Source of the DNA: Octopus sinensis
Lineage: Eukaryota
NCBI RefSeq assembly: GCF_006345805.1
Contig: NC_043016.1
Location: forward strand, 22,258,001 to 22,322,000
Direction of reading: 5' to 3'
DNA: 64,000 bases
Below, one piece after another: positions 11,910-24,129 of the stretch (the first letter of the stretch is position 1; the number at the start of each line of letters is the position of its first letter). The notes under the pieces were generated by a model that worked only from the letters and a program-made list of their open reading frames with translations, had not been told where the DNA came from and searched no databases. The position numbers and the translations under genes were made by a program.

Positions 11910-14197
11910 TGCCACTGGGTAAAATTCACTGCTGTATATTCCACTAAGGTAAATTCCACTACGGTAAATTCCACTCGGAAAATAGCGGTCTATAGAAAAC
12001 TAATTATACATGTCCTTGTTACACACTTCTTAATTAATTAGTCGTTAGTTAAATTCCACTTGGGAAATTTCACTATAGGTAAAATTCACAGCGGTATATT
12101 CCACTAAGGTAAATTCAACTACAGTAAATGGTCTATAGAAAACTGATTATGCATGCCCTTGTTACACACCTCTCAAGTAATTAGTTATTAGTTAAAATAT
12201 ATAGGTTTATGTCATTGTTACTCATTTTTTAACTGAATTTCACTGTAATGCTAATTTTTTTCTATTCAGTTTGATTTTGAACTTTAAAAACCCTCAACCA
12301 TGCAGCATTTATAACATCAGAGAAGATCCATAAACTTTGCAACAAAAAGAATGGAGTTAACAGTAGCAAAACAAAAATATATTGGCATTGTGAACATTTT
12401 TACAAAGATTTCTGGGCTAGACTACATACAACTTTTAACTCCAGCATATCAGAAGTTATTTTTTCAATGGGCTCCCATAATCACTCAGCAAGCAATGCAC
12501 ACGTTAATGCCCGAAATGCAGTTAATTCAATGAAAAGTGAAGTAATGAGAACAGGCACTGTATCTTCAAGGGAAGTAATTGCTACTGCTGTACAAAATCT
12601 TGATGAGGAAGCACAATCATTGTTGCAAACTATTCCTGGACTTCCACACAACTTACGTAACCGGAGGCAGCATGCTTTAGGAATCCCAGCATCTTCAACT
12701 TGTCGTTCAGGGTTTGAAATTCCTGATGCAGTTAAGTACTTAGAAAATGGGTCCTTGGTTTTGGTCTTTGATAGTGGCATTGGTGACTCAGACAGTTTTC
12801 TCCTCAGGAAAAGGCTTCGATGATCTAGGAAGCTCTGAAAACAGGCCTGTGATGGGACTTTTAAGGTGTTTCCTACTTTGTGATGTCAGCTTTTCATGCT
12901 ACATATCATTAGAGGGTCATGTGTGCCCAGGTTATTTGCTTTACTTCCTGACAAAAAAGAAGCCTCATATCTATTTCTTTATTGCCCACAATGGGCTAAA
13001 CATAGAGAGGATAAGCAAGGATAGACAAACAGATTAAGTTGATTACATCAACCCCAGTGCAAAACTGGTACCTAATTTATCGACCCCGAAAGGATGAAAG
13101 GCAAAGTTGACCTCGGTGGAATTTGAACTCAGAACGTAATGGCAGATGAAATACAGCTACACATTTCGCCCGGCTTGCTAACGTTTCGGCCACCTCGGCG
13201 TCCTAAAGAAGCCTCATATCATCATATTCAGTCTGCTGTGTAGGATTTAAGAGCAAATTGTCGACCTACGATCTGTCACATGGACTTTGAAAAAGCTCTC
13301 CATAATTCATTTGTTTCTGTATTTCCACATTTAGAAGTAGTTGGCTGTGTTTTTCATCTCAGACAGTCTGTTTGGCGAAGATATGTGCACTTGGTGAGAG
13401 TCGGAGATACAACACAGATGAAAGTTTTCAGTTTAAAATTAAGTGTCTTTGTGCTTTAGCATTTTTACCAAGCAAAGACGTCAATGAATCTGAAAAATTG
13501 TCTGATCATGAAAGCATCCCTTCTGAGTTTATCACTTATTTCGAGAATTCATACATTGAGATTGTAAGGAGACATGGTCTTCGTTCATGAAGAGAAACCC
13601 CACAGTTTCCTATCCAACTCTGGAATATACGTGACCACATTTTAAATGACTTGCCAAGAGCAAATTATTCGGTAGAAGAGTTCTGCAATGCTTTGCAGTC
13701 ATTGATAACATCCACACATCCAGATTTGTGGAAACTTTGCAATGCTCTTAAGACTGAAGAATGCTTAAGCCAGATGAAAATTGCGCACATTCAAGGTAGG
13801 GACTCAACAACAAAAAAATGTCCTATCAAATGATTGATGCAGGACTAAAGAAGCTAGTTGAGAATTATCAATCTGAAAACGCTCTGCAATTTTTAAGAAC
13901 TATTGCATGCAATTTGTCATAAAAGAATTTTCTTCAAATATATTAAACTTTTTTTCATAACTTTATTTTTATCTACACGCCATCATCTTTGCGTAAGTAT
14001 GTGAATAAAATGTGAGCTAAAATGTATTTTTATGTACTCACCATCATTTTTATCTTAATATGTGAATGAAATATGATCTAAAATGTATCCATATTAACTA
14101 TAGTAAAATTTACTGTAGTAGAATTTACTGTAGTGGAATTTACCATAGTGAATTTTACTTATAGTGAAATTTACCATAGTGGAATTTACCTAGAACC
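11910..14197 (+). mobile_element. Degenerate MULE (Mutator-like) DNA transposon
   Basis: Transposase relics HNH, CDGTFK, FALLPDKK, MDFEKA, GCVFH, LCALAFLP, NYSVE; ends built from inverted arrays of ggtaaattccact-like units. Confidence 0.85.
12972..13204 (-). mobile_element. tRNA-headed SINE (family C) inserted in the MULE transposase
   Basis: 16-bp TSD aaagaagcctcatatc at 12956-12971 and 13205-13220; central ttcatcctttcggggtcgataaa box. Confidence 0.92.
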
Positions 14198-14566
14198 ACA
14201 GCTATGCTAGTGAATAATTTTCAGAATAGACTGAACCCCACTTTGCAGCATTAAGTATGTTTTTAGGCAATCATGTATGTATTACATATGTGTTCAAATC
14301 CCTCCAAAATTACTTTTGCCCTTCATCACCCAATAGAATAAATTAAGTAGCAGCGGTCAGCTAAGGTTAGTCTTTGGGAATGATACAGCTTTATAGGATG
14401 CTATTTGTCTTATCTATTTTAGATAGTTGGCAGAACCGTTGGAGCATCACACAGAGTACCTTGATGTATTCAACTCAGCTCTTTGCTCGGAGTTCAAATC
14501 TAGTTGTGGTCAACTCAGCAATTCAACCTTTTAGGTTTGATAAATAAAACACCAGTACTAGGATCG

Positions 14567-14629
<63 letters not shown>

Positions 14630-15072
14630 CTATCTATTGCTCTCCCTCTGCCCTCCTCTCTCAAGAAGTAAGAGGAAGAGGAGATGGTACTTGGAGAGTG
14701 ATGAGCTCTGCCTGGCCTGAACATGCACAAAACATGTATTAATGACAGCATCTCTTTGATTCCATCAAGAATTGAGGGTCCAAGGCAAGAAGGCCATTGT
14801 TTAAATGTGCTTTTGATCATAGGTTAAACAGCAACATCAGTGGCAACTTACAAAGCTTCTTTACCTAATAAAAAACAAGCTAATATTTAGCATCACATCT
14901 TTTATCTTTTAACTGTTATTTGTTTTAGTCGTCTCCTTGAATGGTTTTAGTTGAAAAAATTGACTCCAGAACTTATATTTTTAAAACTTAGTACTTATTC
15001 TATCAGTCTCTTTTGTTAAGTTCTAGGAACATGAATACACCAACGCCAGCTAGCCAAGCAGTGGTGAGGAAT

Positions 15073-15106
<34 letters not shown>

Positions 15107-15108
15107 TA

Positions 15109-15143
<35 letters not shown>

Positions 15144-15786
15144 GTGTGTATTTTTATAAATATATATATATGTGTGTGCGTATATATATATATACACACA
15201 CACACACATATACATAGATATATATATATTTGTGTAACCTTTCTCTGTTTCTTTCCGTCCTTGTTTTTGTATACATTCGCTGCTTTCTTCCATGGAATCT
15301 AATGCTGTTAGCTTAGTTTTTCCTTGGGGCTGGCCAGATTGGAGCAATCTTGAGTATAACCAGCCAAAATTGCAAAGATAATCTGGAACTCCACTGAGGA
15401 TAGAAAACTCTGAATGACCTGTCCTTGTTTTCTTTTGTATCATCTGTCTGGATGTTTTGCGTTCTTGTCCCATTTTTGTATTTTATATATATAGATGAGT
15501 GTATTTTTACCTTGTTAACAATTAACACAGAAAAAATAAATAAATAGTTACCAGGGTAGCAAAAATCTCACAAGTAAAGATGTTGTAACTCCTTGTTTAT
15601 AAAGGTAGAAACTTCATGTTTACGTGGAATATTTTGAATAATATATGAATAAATAAATGGAGTTTAATGCAGGTGTAAATCAAATATTTTTACTTTCGAC
15701 ACATGTTTCGAAAATTCCACTGATACTATTCAAAAGAATAAAGCCAAAGTGCCTTAAGTACTATTGGATTGATAGATGAATAAAAA

Positions 15787-16669
15787 TTGGAAATATCAAA
15801 CTGGATTAACTTAGTACTCACTTTATTGGTAATAGAACTAAACCAGTCTACTACTTTAAACGAATTAGTCCATAAACTAAGTTTTAATGTTTTAATTAAA
15901 TTAGGAATATATTATCGTTCTAAAAGTAAATATAACACCTTCAAAAAATATTACGCTATGAATACTAGTAAAAATATTTGGTTAATAATTCCTTATGGGA
16001 GACAAATTAAATCTAATCTCTCACTGCTGTTTCGTCAAGCTATTGCTAGGAATTTTCCAAAAAATAGGTATTACTCTATTATCAATTCACATACGGTTAG
16101 GATCGGTTTTTCAAACACAAAAAAATCTCTTACAAATTATCTCTTCACATAATAACAAACTATTAGATATTAATACATTTACTAATACTGACATTAATTT
16201 AGCTAATACCATCCAACCCTCTAGAAATATTAATAACAAGGTTATTGTATCTGAACTCAATTCCAATAGAATTAAGTTCATGTCAAATAACTCTAAGATT
16301 AAAAATTCTATATACCAGTGTATAATCAGTACTCGTAATAAAGTACGATTTTACATTGGAAGTACATCGTTAGAGTTATCTAAAAGAATTTCTATCTATT
16401 ACTCAACATTTAGAGATAGAAATAAACGTAATAGTACCGGTCTCAGCAAACTGATTTGGGATTTAAAAGACCACAGTGAAAAATTTCATTTAGAATGGTT
16501 GATTCTCTCAATTTCGATACCTTATGACAAAGGCAAGGAATTCTGTCTTCTCTGCAATTCTGAGCTATTTTTCATTATTTTTTCTAAAAATCCCCTAGTA
16601 AACACGGTTATGGAGCGAGCATACAAATGTAAACATTGGCAAAAACACACATTTAGTGCATATAAGTAG
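15787..16669 (+). pseudogene. PLE linker plus GIY-YIG endonuclease ORF with one +1 frameshift
   Basis: NIWLIIPY..RNFPK..INSHTVRIGFS joins KNLLQIISSHNNKLL by removing one A from the A7 run near 16120; then IYQ..FYIGST..KR..TGLSKLIWDLK..CLLC..KCKH. Confidence 0.8.
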
Positions 16670-16872
16670 TCTCTATCATTATATATAATTCAAACTTTAA
16701 TTTCCTTTATATTTAACATTCACTATTAATATCCCTACTCTTTCTGTAAGCTACTTATGACGTTATATCATATAACGTTTTTTTTAAACAATATTAATAG
16801 CGTTTAGTCAATCGTTATACAAATCCATCATTTTTTTGCTAAAATGTCTTATTGACGAGTTTCGTTTTTTTC

Positions 16873-16958
16873 ACTTTCCTGAAGAGAAGATTGCATTGTT
16901 TATACCATTTATTCTTTTGAATAGTATCAGTGGAATTTTCGAAACATGTGTCGAAAGT
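16873..16958 (+). ncRNA. Type I hammerhead ribozyme, extended stem II
   Basis: actttc-CUGAAGA-gaag...uuuc-GAAAC-augu-GUC^gaaagu; 6-bp stem I; predicted cut after 16952. Confidence 0.8.
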
Positions 16959-17005
16959 AAAAATATTTGATTTACACCTGCGTTATATATATATATTTTC
17001 ATGCA

Positions 17006-17051
<46 letters not shown>

Positions 17052-17052
17052 A

Positions 17053-18850
17053 CTATCTGGTGTACCCGGTAATTCCCAGGGGTAAATATATTCTATTGAA
17101 ACGCCTTATTACTCTGACATAAGAAAGCAATTTCGTTAGAACTGTCACAAAAGGTGTATTTTCCATCATGAAAAAGTACAAAAACTGTCAGCTGGAGGAG
17201 GGAAAGATGGTTGGAGGTTGGCAAGAAAGTACTCTGACTTGTCATGGCATTTTAAAGGTGAACTTTATGAAGGATAATTTATTAAAAGTAATATAAAAAT
17301 GTAGTATATATGTATATAAATATATGAATGAAGTGTTTAATGTTTAAGAATGAAATTAAGAAAGTGCAATAATAAAATTTTCACACTCACTGATGTTTGC
17401 TCTCAGTAACTGCCTTTAGCTTATGGAGTTCATGTTTTTATAACTATTGAAAAGCAGCCAGAAGAATAGACATATTGTTGAGAACAATTTCATTGGAAGT
17501 CTGTTATCTCCCTTGGTGGCCTAGAAGAGGTTAGAAGGGTTAAGTGGCAAAGACATTATTCAACTTAGCAAAGGCATCTGGGAAATGTATAACTGCTGTC
17601 ATTCACAGAAAAACTGTTGTTTTACCGTGAGAAATGCACTGTTGAAGTGTTAAGTGAAATTTGGCAATCGAAGACCAAATCCACGCTATGCCTGCATGAA
17701 GCCACTACAAATACATTGTGGGATAAAAAATGTATCCACTGTCATGGAAAAAGTGTAACTGTAAAAATGCAGAATTATCAGAGTAATGGGCATTCAAAAA
17801 AGTATGTATGTATAGAAATGTATGAATGAAGTCTTTAAGGGTTAAGATTCAAATTAAGGAAGTGCAATAATAATGTTTAGCAGTTCAAAACTGTGAGTAG
17901 TGAAATGCAGAATTAGGTCGGCTGATTGTGAGAATCAAATATTGATCGCTTTGCTAAAATCTGCAGGTGATATGGGTTATTTCCCTTGGGTTGTTTAAAT
18001 AAAATATTAGTAATATGTGTTAGATAGAAGGATCCATGGCGGAGGGGACCCTATTAGCGATTTTTTCAACAATCTAAGTATGTCACGAGGTTTGACACAT
18101 GAGTGATATTGTCGGCAAAAATTAGAAATTGAACACACAAAAAATTGATATTCAAAGTAATCGAACATAAACAACGAAACCTGTAAAATATTTCTAAATT
18201 CGATGGCTCAATTAGTATCATGAAAATGTTGTATAAACTGTAAATAAGCAATAAATATTATGCTTTGTAAAATAAGTATAAATGATACAGGGTGTCCAAA
18301 CTGAATGTGGTGTGAAAGTTTGGGTTCATTTTTTAAGAATTTTAAACATTCAAAGTATGAGTTCATTGTATTGGGACACACTTATTAAATATGTTCTGGA
18401 ATCAAAGATTTATGTACTGTCATGGAAAACTTTTAACTGGAAGAATGCAGAATTATTGGAGTTATGGGCATTGAAAGTGTATATGCATCAAGAAAGTGCA
18501 ATAATAAGGTTTAGCAGTTGAAAACAGTGAGTAGTGAAATGCAGAATTAGGTCCGCTGATCGTGAGAATCAAATATTGATTGCTTTGCTAAAAATTAACA
18601 ACTGTAACTGCAGGTGCTATGGGTTATTTCCCTTGGGTGTTTAAAAATAAATTATATGAGGTAGGTATAAAGATCCCTTCCAGGGACCGTATTATCGAAT
18701 TTTTTCAACAATCTAAGTATGTCACGAAGTTTCCAGACATGAGTTCTACTCAGCTATCAAGTTCATCAAAATCAATAAAACGATGTCGGGAGAGTTAGCT
18801 AACAACGCCACAAACAAACACATACCGATTTTCCACATACGTAGTTATAT
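17053..18850 (-). mobile_element. Possible degenerate non-autonomous Helitron with internal ~640-bp-spaced duplication
   Basis: Left end actatctggtgtacccggtaattcccagggg resembles the CTAG-plus-hairpin end of other copies; 17750-18090 duplicates 18420-18730. Confidence 0.45.
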
Positions 18851-18887
<37 letters not shown>

Positions 18888-18917
18888 ATATATATTATAT
18901 ATATATATACTTTATTT

Positions 18918-19041
18918 AAAGCATATTACTCTACCACTAGTATTTGAGTACTCTTTTTTCACCTTGTTTCACATTTATGTGTTTACTCCGGTATATATAT
19001 ATATACAGATAGTATATGTTGCTTTTTTCCTATATAATATA

Positions 19042-19088
<47 letters not shown>

Positions 19089-19164
19089 CCGGAGTAAGCA
19101 CATAAATGTGAAACAAGGTGGAAAAAAAGAGTACTCAACTACCAGAGGTAGAGTAATATGCTTT
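18918..19164. repeat. ~78-bp inverted pLTR-like arms around (TA)n/(GT)n
   Basis: 18918-18995 vs 19085-19164; degenerate minus-strand CCGACGA hammerhead follows at about 19190-19235. Confidence 0.8.
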
Positions 19165-19526
19165 ATTTCAAAGCAGCAGAAATATAACAAAAGCTATTAC
19201 TCAGAGTTTCATGATCCCGTTCGTCGGAAAGTTTTGTTAATCTATCTATCTATCCGCTCAGTCGAAGTCGACTCTCGGTTACTCGTTGGATCAGTTTTGT
19301 TAAAATAGAACAGAAATAACGATATGATCAAAACTAGTTAAACGATACACCTTTAAAAATAGATTTGTTTCATTGGTCCCTTCAAATAACGGTCTTAATC
19401 ATGCAATAAACAAAATAAACAAAATAAATGAATTCAATATAAATTCATCCTTTATAAAAAATCTAGGAAAAACCTTAAATCGAGGAGCGGATTCAAAATA
19501 CATATTGTCAATAATTATATATGAAA

Positions 19527-20039
19527 CTAGCAGTATCGCCCGGCGTTGCTCGGGTTTGTAAGAGAAATAACTATATACGCATTTTTAGAGAGTTACTTCC
19601 CTTATAGATGCCAATTCGGGCTTTCTTAGCCATTTCTGTTTTGGTGTCTTCAAGCCATGAAGTCGTTGTTCTAAAAGAACGCTGGTCTCCTTGACAACGC
19701 TTTACCACGTTGATTTCCTTACACTCCCTTCCCCACAGCTTCACGAGGAAGGGAAGAAGGGGAAGAAGCAAACAGGTGCAGGTGTGACCATGGACGCCAA
19801 CTCCGCCGCCATCGACACACGAAAAATTATGCATTAAAATGGAATAAAAAATGATGTTAAATTATTTTAAAAATCGTAGACTCATCGTAGACGCGCGCTA
19901 ATATTCAGACGGGCTCGATATGAATCACGACTATAAGATACCCGAATTTGGTTAAACTGCACCGCAAAATGTGGGAGTAGTTAGGAATCTAAATCGAAGG
20001 GGACAGACACTCACACAACTACAGTTTTATATATATAGA
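19527..20039 (-). mobile_element. Non-autonomous Helitron
   Basis: Minus strand starts TCTATATATATAAAA, ends hairpin (acccgagcaacgccgggcg) plus CTAG, inserted between A and T, no TSD. Confidence 0.88.
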
Positions 20040-20882
20040 TATAATTCGATTAATACAATTAACACATTAAACATTAAAATATTTTACAACAGTATATACG
20101 CATACTAATATACATATTATATATATATATATCAAAATACACAGGCGTATATACACAGACCACATTTATATGCAGACTTGTATATGTAAGACGTAAATAT
20201 ACACACCAATACATATGCATACATATGTACGCAATCTTGCCCGCATGCAAAAATCATTTGGTGTATACATATAGACTAGAAGTAAAATGCAGAGAGGGAG
20301 AAAGAAAAAGAAAAGGAAAGGATCTTAGCGAAAGAAGTGAGAAAGAGAAAAGGAGATGCGCGCAAAGTTAAAGAACTTTATACAAGTAACGAATAGGGGA
20401 AGAAAATACTTTTCCGTAACGAAGGAAAGGAAGAAAGAAAGCTAGGATGCTGAATAAGCGTAACGAACGTACACAAAATAAAATTATGTATACATGTGTA
20501 TATAAAAGTGTGTATTAGCAATAAATACACATATAAATATATGGAATTAAGTACGTAAATACACATCCACACGAATCCAAGTGAATACATGCATACATAT
20601 ACATCCATGTATGTATGTGCACAAGTATAAACATACACGCTTACTTACACATATACATAAGCGCCAAAAATTCAAACATCCACAAAAAAACATGTCTAGG
20701 TCCTGATGTATATACAAACAACATTATTTTTAAAATTGCTGAGTGCATAATAATAAAATTCGGGTAAAAGACATCGTTATTTCTGTTGTATTTTAACAAA
20801 ACTGTCCGACGAGTAAAAGCTTTTGTATATTTCTGCTGCTTTTAAATAAAGTATGTATGTGTGTGTGTGTATATTATTATAT

Positions 20883-20920
<38 letters not shown>

Positions 20921-20932
20921 CATACATCCATC

Positions 20933-20977
<45 letters not shown>

Positions 20978-20984
20978 GCAAAAA

Positions 20985-21022
20985 CTGTCCGACGAACGGG
21001 AACGTGAAACTCAGAGTACCAG
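20985..21022 (+). ncRNA. Minimal hammerhead-like motif with CCGACGA core
   Basis: cugu-CCGACGA-acg ggaa cgu-GAAA-cuc a gag-UA^ccag; one stem I mismatch next to the core. Confidence 0.55.
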
Positions 21023-21082
21023 GTTTTGTTGAATTTTCTGCTGCTTAAAATAAAGTATATATATATAATATATATATATATA

Positions 21083-21116
<34 letters not shown>

Positions 21117-21119
<3 letters not shown>

Positions 21120-21500
21120 CGCAGGAGTGGCTGTGTGGTAAGTAGCTTGTTACCAACCACATGCGTGGCACCTTGGGCAAGTGTTTCTTCTACTATAGCC
21201 GACCAAAGCCTTGTGAGTGGATTTGGTAGATGGAAACTGAAAGAAGCCCGTCGTCTATATGTATATATATGTATATATGTGTGTGCGTGTATTTTTGTGT
21301 TGTCCCCCTAGCATTGCTTGACAACCGATGCTGGTGTGTTTATGTCCCCGTCACTTAGCGGTTCGACAAAAAGAGACCGATAGAATAAGTACTGGGCTTA
21401 CAAAGAATAAGTCCCGGGGTCGAGTTGCTCGATTAAAGGCGGTGCTCCAGCGTGGCCGCATTCAAATGACTGAAACAAGTAATAGAGAGAGAGTAAAGAG
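21117..21500 (+). mobile_element. SINE family A, full length
   Basis: ggcgcaggagtggctgtgtggtaagtagc head through aaatgactgaaacaagta. Confidence 0.9.
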
Positions 21501-21598
21501 TAATATAATATTAGGGAGTATAACTCCAAACTTACAGGGAAAAATTCAATTTAGTATTAAATCAAATTTCACGATATAAATATATAATATATATAAAT

Positions 21599-22223
21599 AA
21601 ATTAGAGAAAAACCAGTATTATGTAATTCAAACAATGATAGACATAAACCATATCATATAGAAAAATAAAATATATTATAAAACTTGTAACTAGACCACA
21701 AAAAGTACAAAAAAATGAATAAACAATATATAATAAGTAAAAAGAAAGTACGTTTCAATTCGAATTACAATTGAATTTAAATTTAATCGAAAAACACTCC
21801 TCAGGTCAACAATATTAACAATAATAGTTAAATAAATAATCAAATAGAATTAAACAATATTTCTTAAAGAGTTTCTTCTATAAGAAGAATCATATTTTCA
21901 TTTCTTTAAGAAATATTGTTTAATTTTGTTTAATTCTTTTTGATTATTCAATTTAACTATTATTGTTATTATTGCTGACCTGAAGAGTGACTATACTTTT
22001 AAATTGAATTGTTTTTCGATTAAATTTAAATTTAATTATAATTCGAATTGAAGTTATAGCCACGAAACGTACGTAGTCTTTTTACCGCTCATATATTGTT
22101 TATTCATTTTTTGTACTTTTTGTGATCTATTCATATATTTTATAATATATTTTATTTTTTCTATATGATATGGTTTATGTCTATCATTGTTTGAATTAAA
22201 TAATACTGGTTTTTCTCTAATTT
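21599..22223. repeat. ~270-320-bp palindromic pLTR pair
   Basis: 21599-21870 is the reverse complement of 21903-22223 with indels; ORF-less and AT-rich. Confidence 0.85.
21977..22078 (+). ncRNA. Type I hammerhead ribozyme, extended stem II
   Basis: gac-CUGAAGA-gugacuaua...uauagccac-GAAAC-guac-GUA^guc. Confidence 0.75.
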
Positions 22224-22227
22224 ATAT

Positions 22228-22271
<44 letters not shown>

Positions 22272-22597
22272 ATATATGTACAGGGTGTCCATAAAGTCTT
22301 TTTACAATTTAAAAAAATTATTACAAAGACAATTGATAAGATATCTTAATCAGATTTGTTCTGTAGTGGATGCGTGGATGTATTAATAAATACATAAGTG
22401 TTTTGTAATAAATTAAAGATTTATTATCACTACATCAATTTGTAAGCAATGCTACACATCGCTTGTACAAAATGCATATTAAATAGTGGTTGCAAATAAT
22501 ACATATTAAAGGAATGCATAATACATGATACACATTAAAGCAGAATATGTTGATGGTGGGTGTGTATGTGTGTGTAAATCATGCAGTACAGAGTCAC

Positions 22598-22822
22598 CTT
22601 CTGAATATTCTTTCGTCGTCCTCATAAATGCGTGGCATTCTCTTAACGTTGGTTCGGGTTCTCTGCAGATACCTATTTCTCCGTTCTATTTATAACATCT
22701 CAAATAGCCAGAAAAATAGATATTACCGCAAGAGTGTTATCGCGTACAGTAGGTCGCTGGTCGTCCTGTTAAACTTTGTCTGACCTGCTCGGGTCAGAGG
22801 TCGAAGGGAGACGATCCATCAT
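22598..22822 (-). CDS. Tentative two-exon 5' gene fragment MMDRLPSTSDPSR/EPEPTLRECHAFMRTTKEYSE
   Basis: aaaaATG at 22822, donor AG|GTCAGA at 22785/22784, 122-nt intron, acceptor ctgcag| at 22663/22662, donor AG|GTGACT at 22598; frame open across the junction. Confidence 0.35.
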
Positions 22823-22847
22823 TTTTGTCAGAACAAAGAGATTCTGA

Positions 22848-22856
22848 TTTCGCGCC
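22848..22856. promoter_or_regulatory. E2F-like motif TTTCGCGCC
   Basis: Consensus match in a locally CpG-rich stretch 26 nt upstream of the candidate ATG. Confidence 0.25.
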
Positions 22857-24129
22857 TTTTTGTGCATTGGTATTTTACGACCAATGATTCTTGGGTCTGA
22901 TTTCGAATCCAAGCTTAGAGAAGGAAGTGCTAATTCTTACAGTTCCATTGTACTGTGTTTTTCAAATTCTTTTTACCTCATTTATTACACTTCTATGTGG
23001 GCACCATTAGTCGCACAAAGCACATCAAGACAGTACTTGATTTCTCACCATGTTTGTTGTAGGATAGCCTCATCAATTGTTGTAGTCGCATCTGTTAGCT
23101 TTTGCTTTAGTTCATTAATGTCCTGTATCTTTATTCAATACACGATATCTTTAACATAGCCCCATAGAAAGAAATCTGGAGGTGTGATATCTGATGAACG
23201 TGGTGGCCATGGAATTGGTCCATCCTTTCCAATCCAACGGTATGGAAATGTTTGATTGAGGAACTCACGAACTTGTATGGGTGTGGGTGGGTGTGCCTGT
23301 GTGTGTATGTGTGTGCTTGTGTGTGTGTGTGTGTGTGTACATAAGTAGATAGATAGGTACGCAGATAATACAGACAGACAAGCACACAAAAAAGGAGACA
23401 GAAGCATATGACCATACACACACACACTCCACATATACACATACAAACAAAGATACATATGGAGATACACATCCATACATAACAGACGCATATACATAGT
23501 CACAAACCCATACAGGTAGACACACTCAAATATGCACACACATGGAAACAGAGATACACACATACATGCACACATAAACAAATGAATATGTAGAATACAT
23601 ACATACACACATACATACATATATGCACACACACACACACATACATACATACATACATGCATACATATGTGCATACACAAGCACATATGCACGCTGACAC
23701 ACACACATGCACACAAACAGACAAAAAAGAACACAACTCCAATAACGGATAGAGTCCACATCCATTGACAAGATTGCAAGAGCAACACAAATTTAGGAAG
23801 AAAAAACATAAATAATAAATGAGTGGAAATCGAACTGGTGAGTGTGTTAGCTAATAAGGCATTAAAACAATATAACTCTCCCCAGACACAACAAAATTTT
23901 CTTCAACATACGAATTCACATAAAGAATCTTGCAAAATATCCTCCTTGGTAATCCATCGATTTCCAATGAAAACACAGTCTGTGGTCTCAACAATTAGCA
24001 GTGGGAATGCATGTGACTCTGCAGTCCAAAGTTGGAAGCACACAGGTGCCTGAAGGTTGGACACTGGTAGTCTATGATCAGTGGCCCAGTGACATCTGTT
24101 TTTGCAGCTGCAAGGCATTATCATCTATC

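Larger units (their letters stand above)
15669..16981 (+). mobile_element. 5'-truncated PLE with perfect 74-bp inverted pseudo-LTR ends
   Basis: 15669-15742 is the exact reverse complement of 16908-16981; GIY-YIG ORF between; hammerhead in 3' pLTR. Confidence 0.88.
22281..23278 (-). mobile_element. Tc1/mariner 3' fragment interrupted by a ~590-bp insert
   Basis: TA plus TIR cagggtgtccataaagtc at 22281; WIGKDGPIPWPPRSSDITPPDFFLWGYVKDIVY and NGAHIEV at 22990-23278. Confidence 0.85.

Noticed and set aside
14515-14860. 101-aa minus-strand ORF and strong acceptor at about 14860 as a possible third exon of the 22822 gene fragment
   Set aside because: All phases from that acceptor hit stops within 16 codons, and the ORF runs into a (GA)n tract
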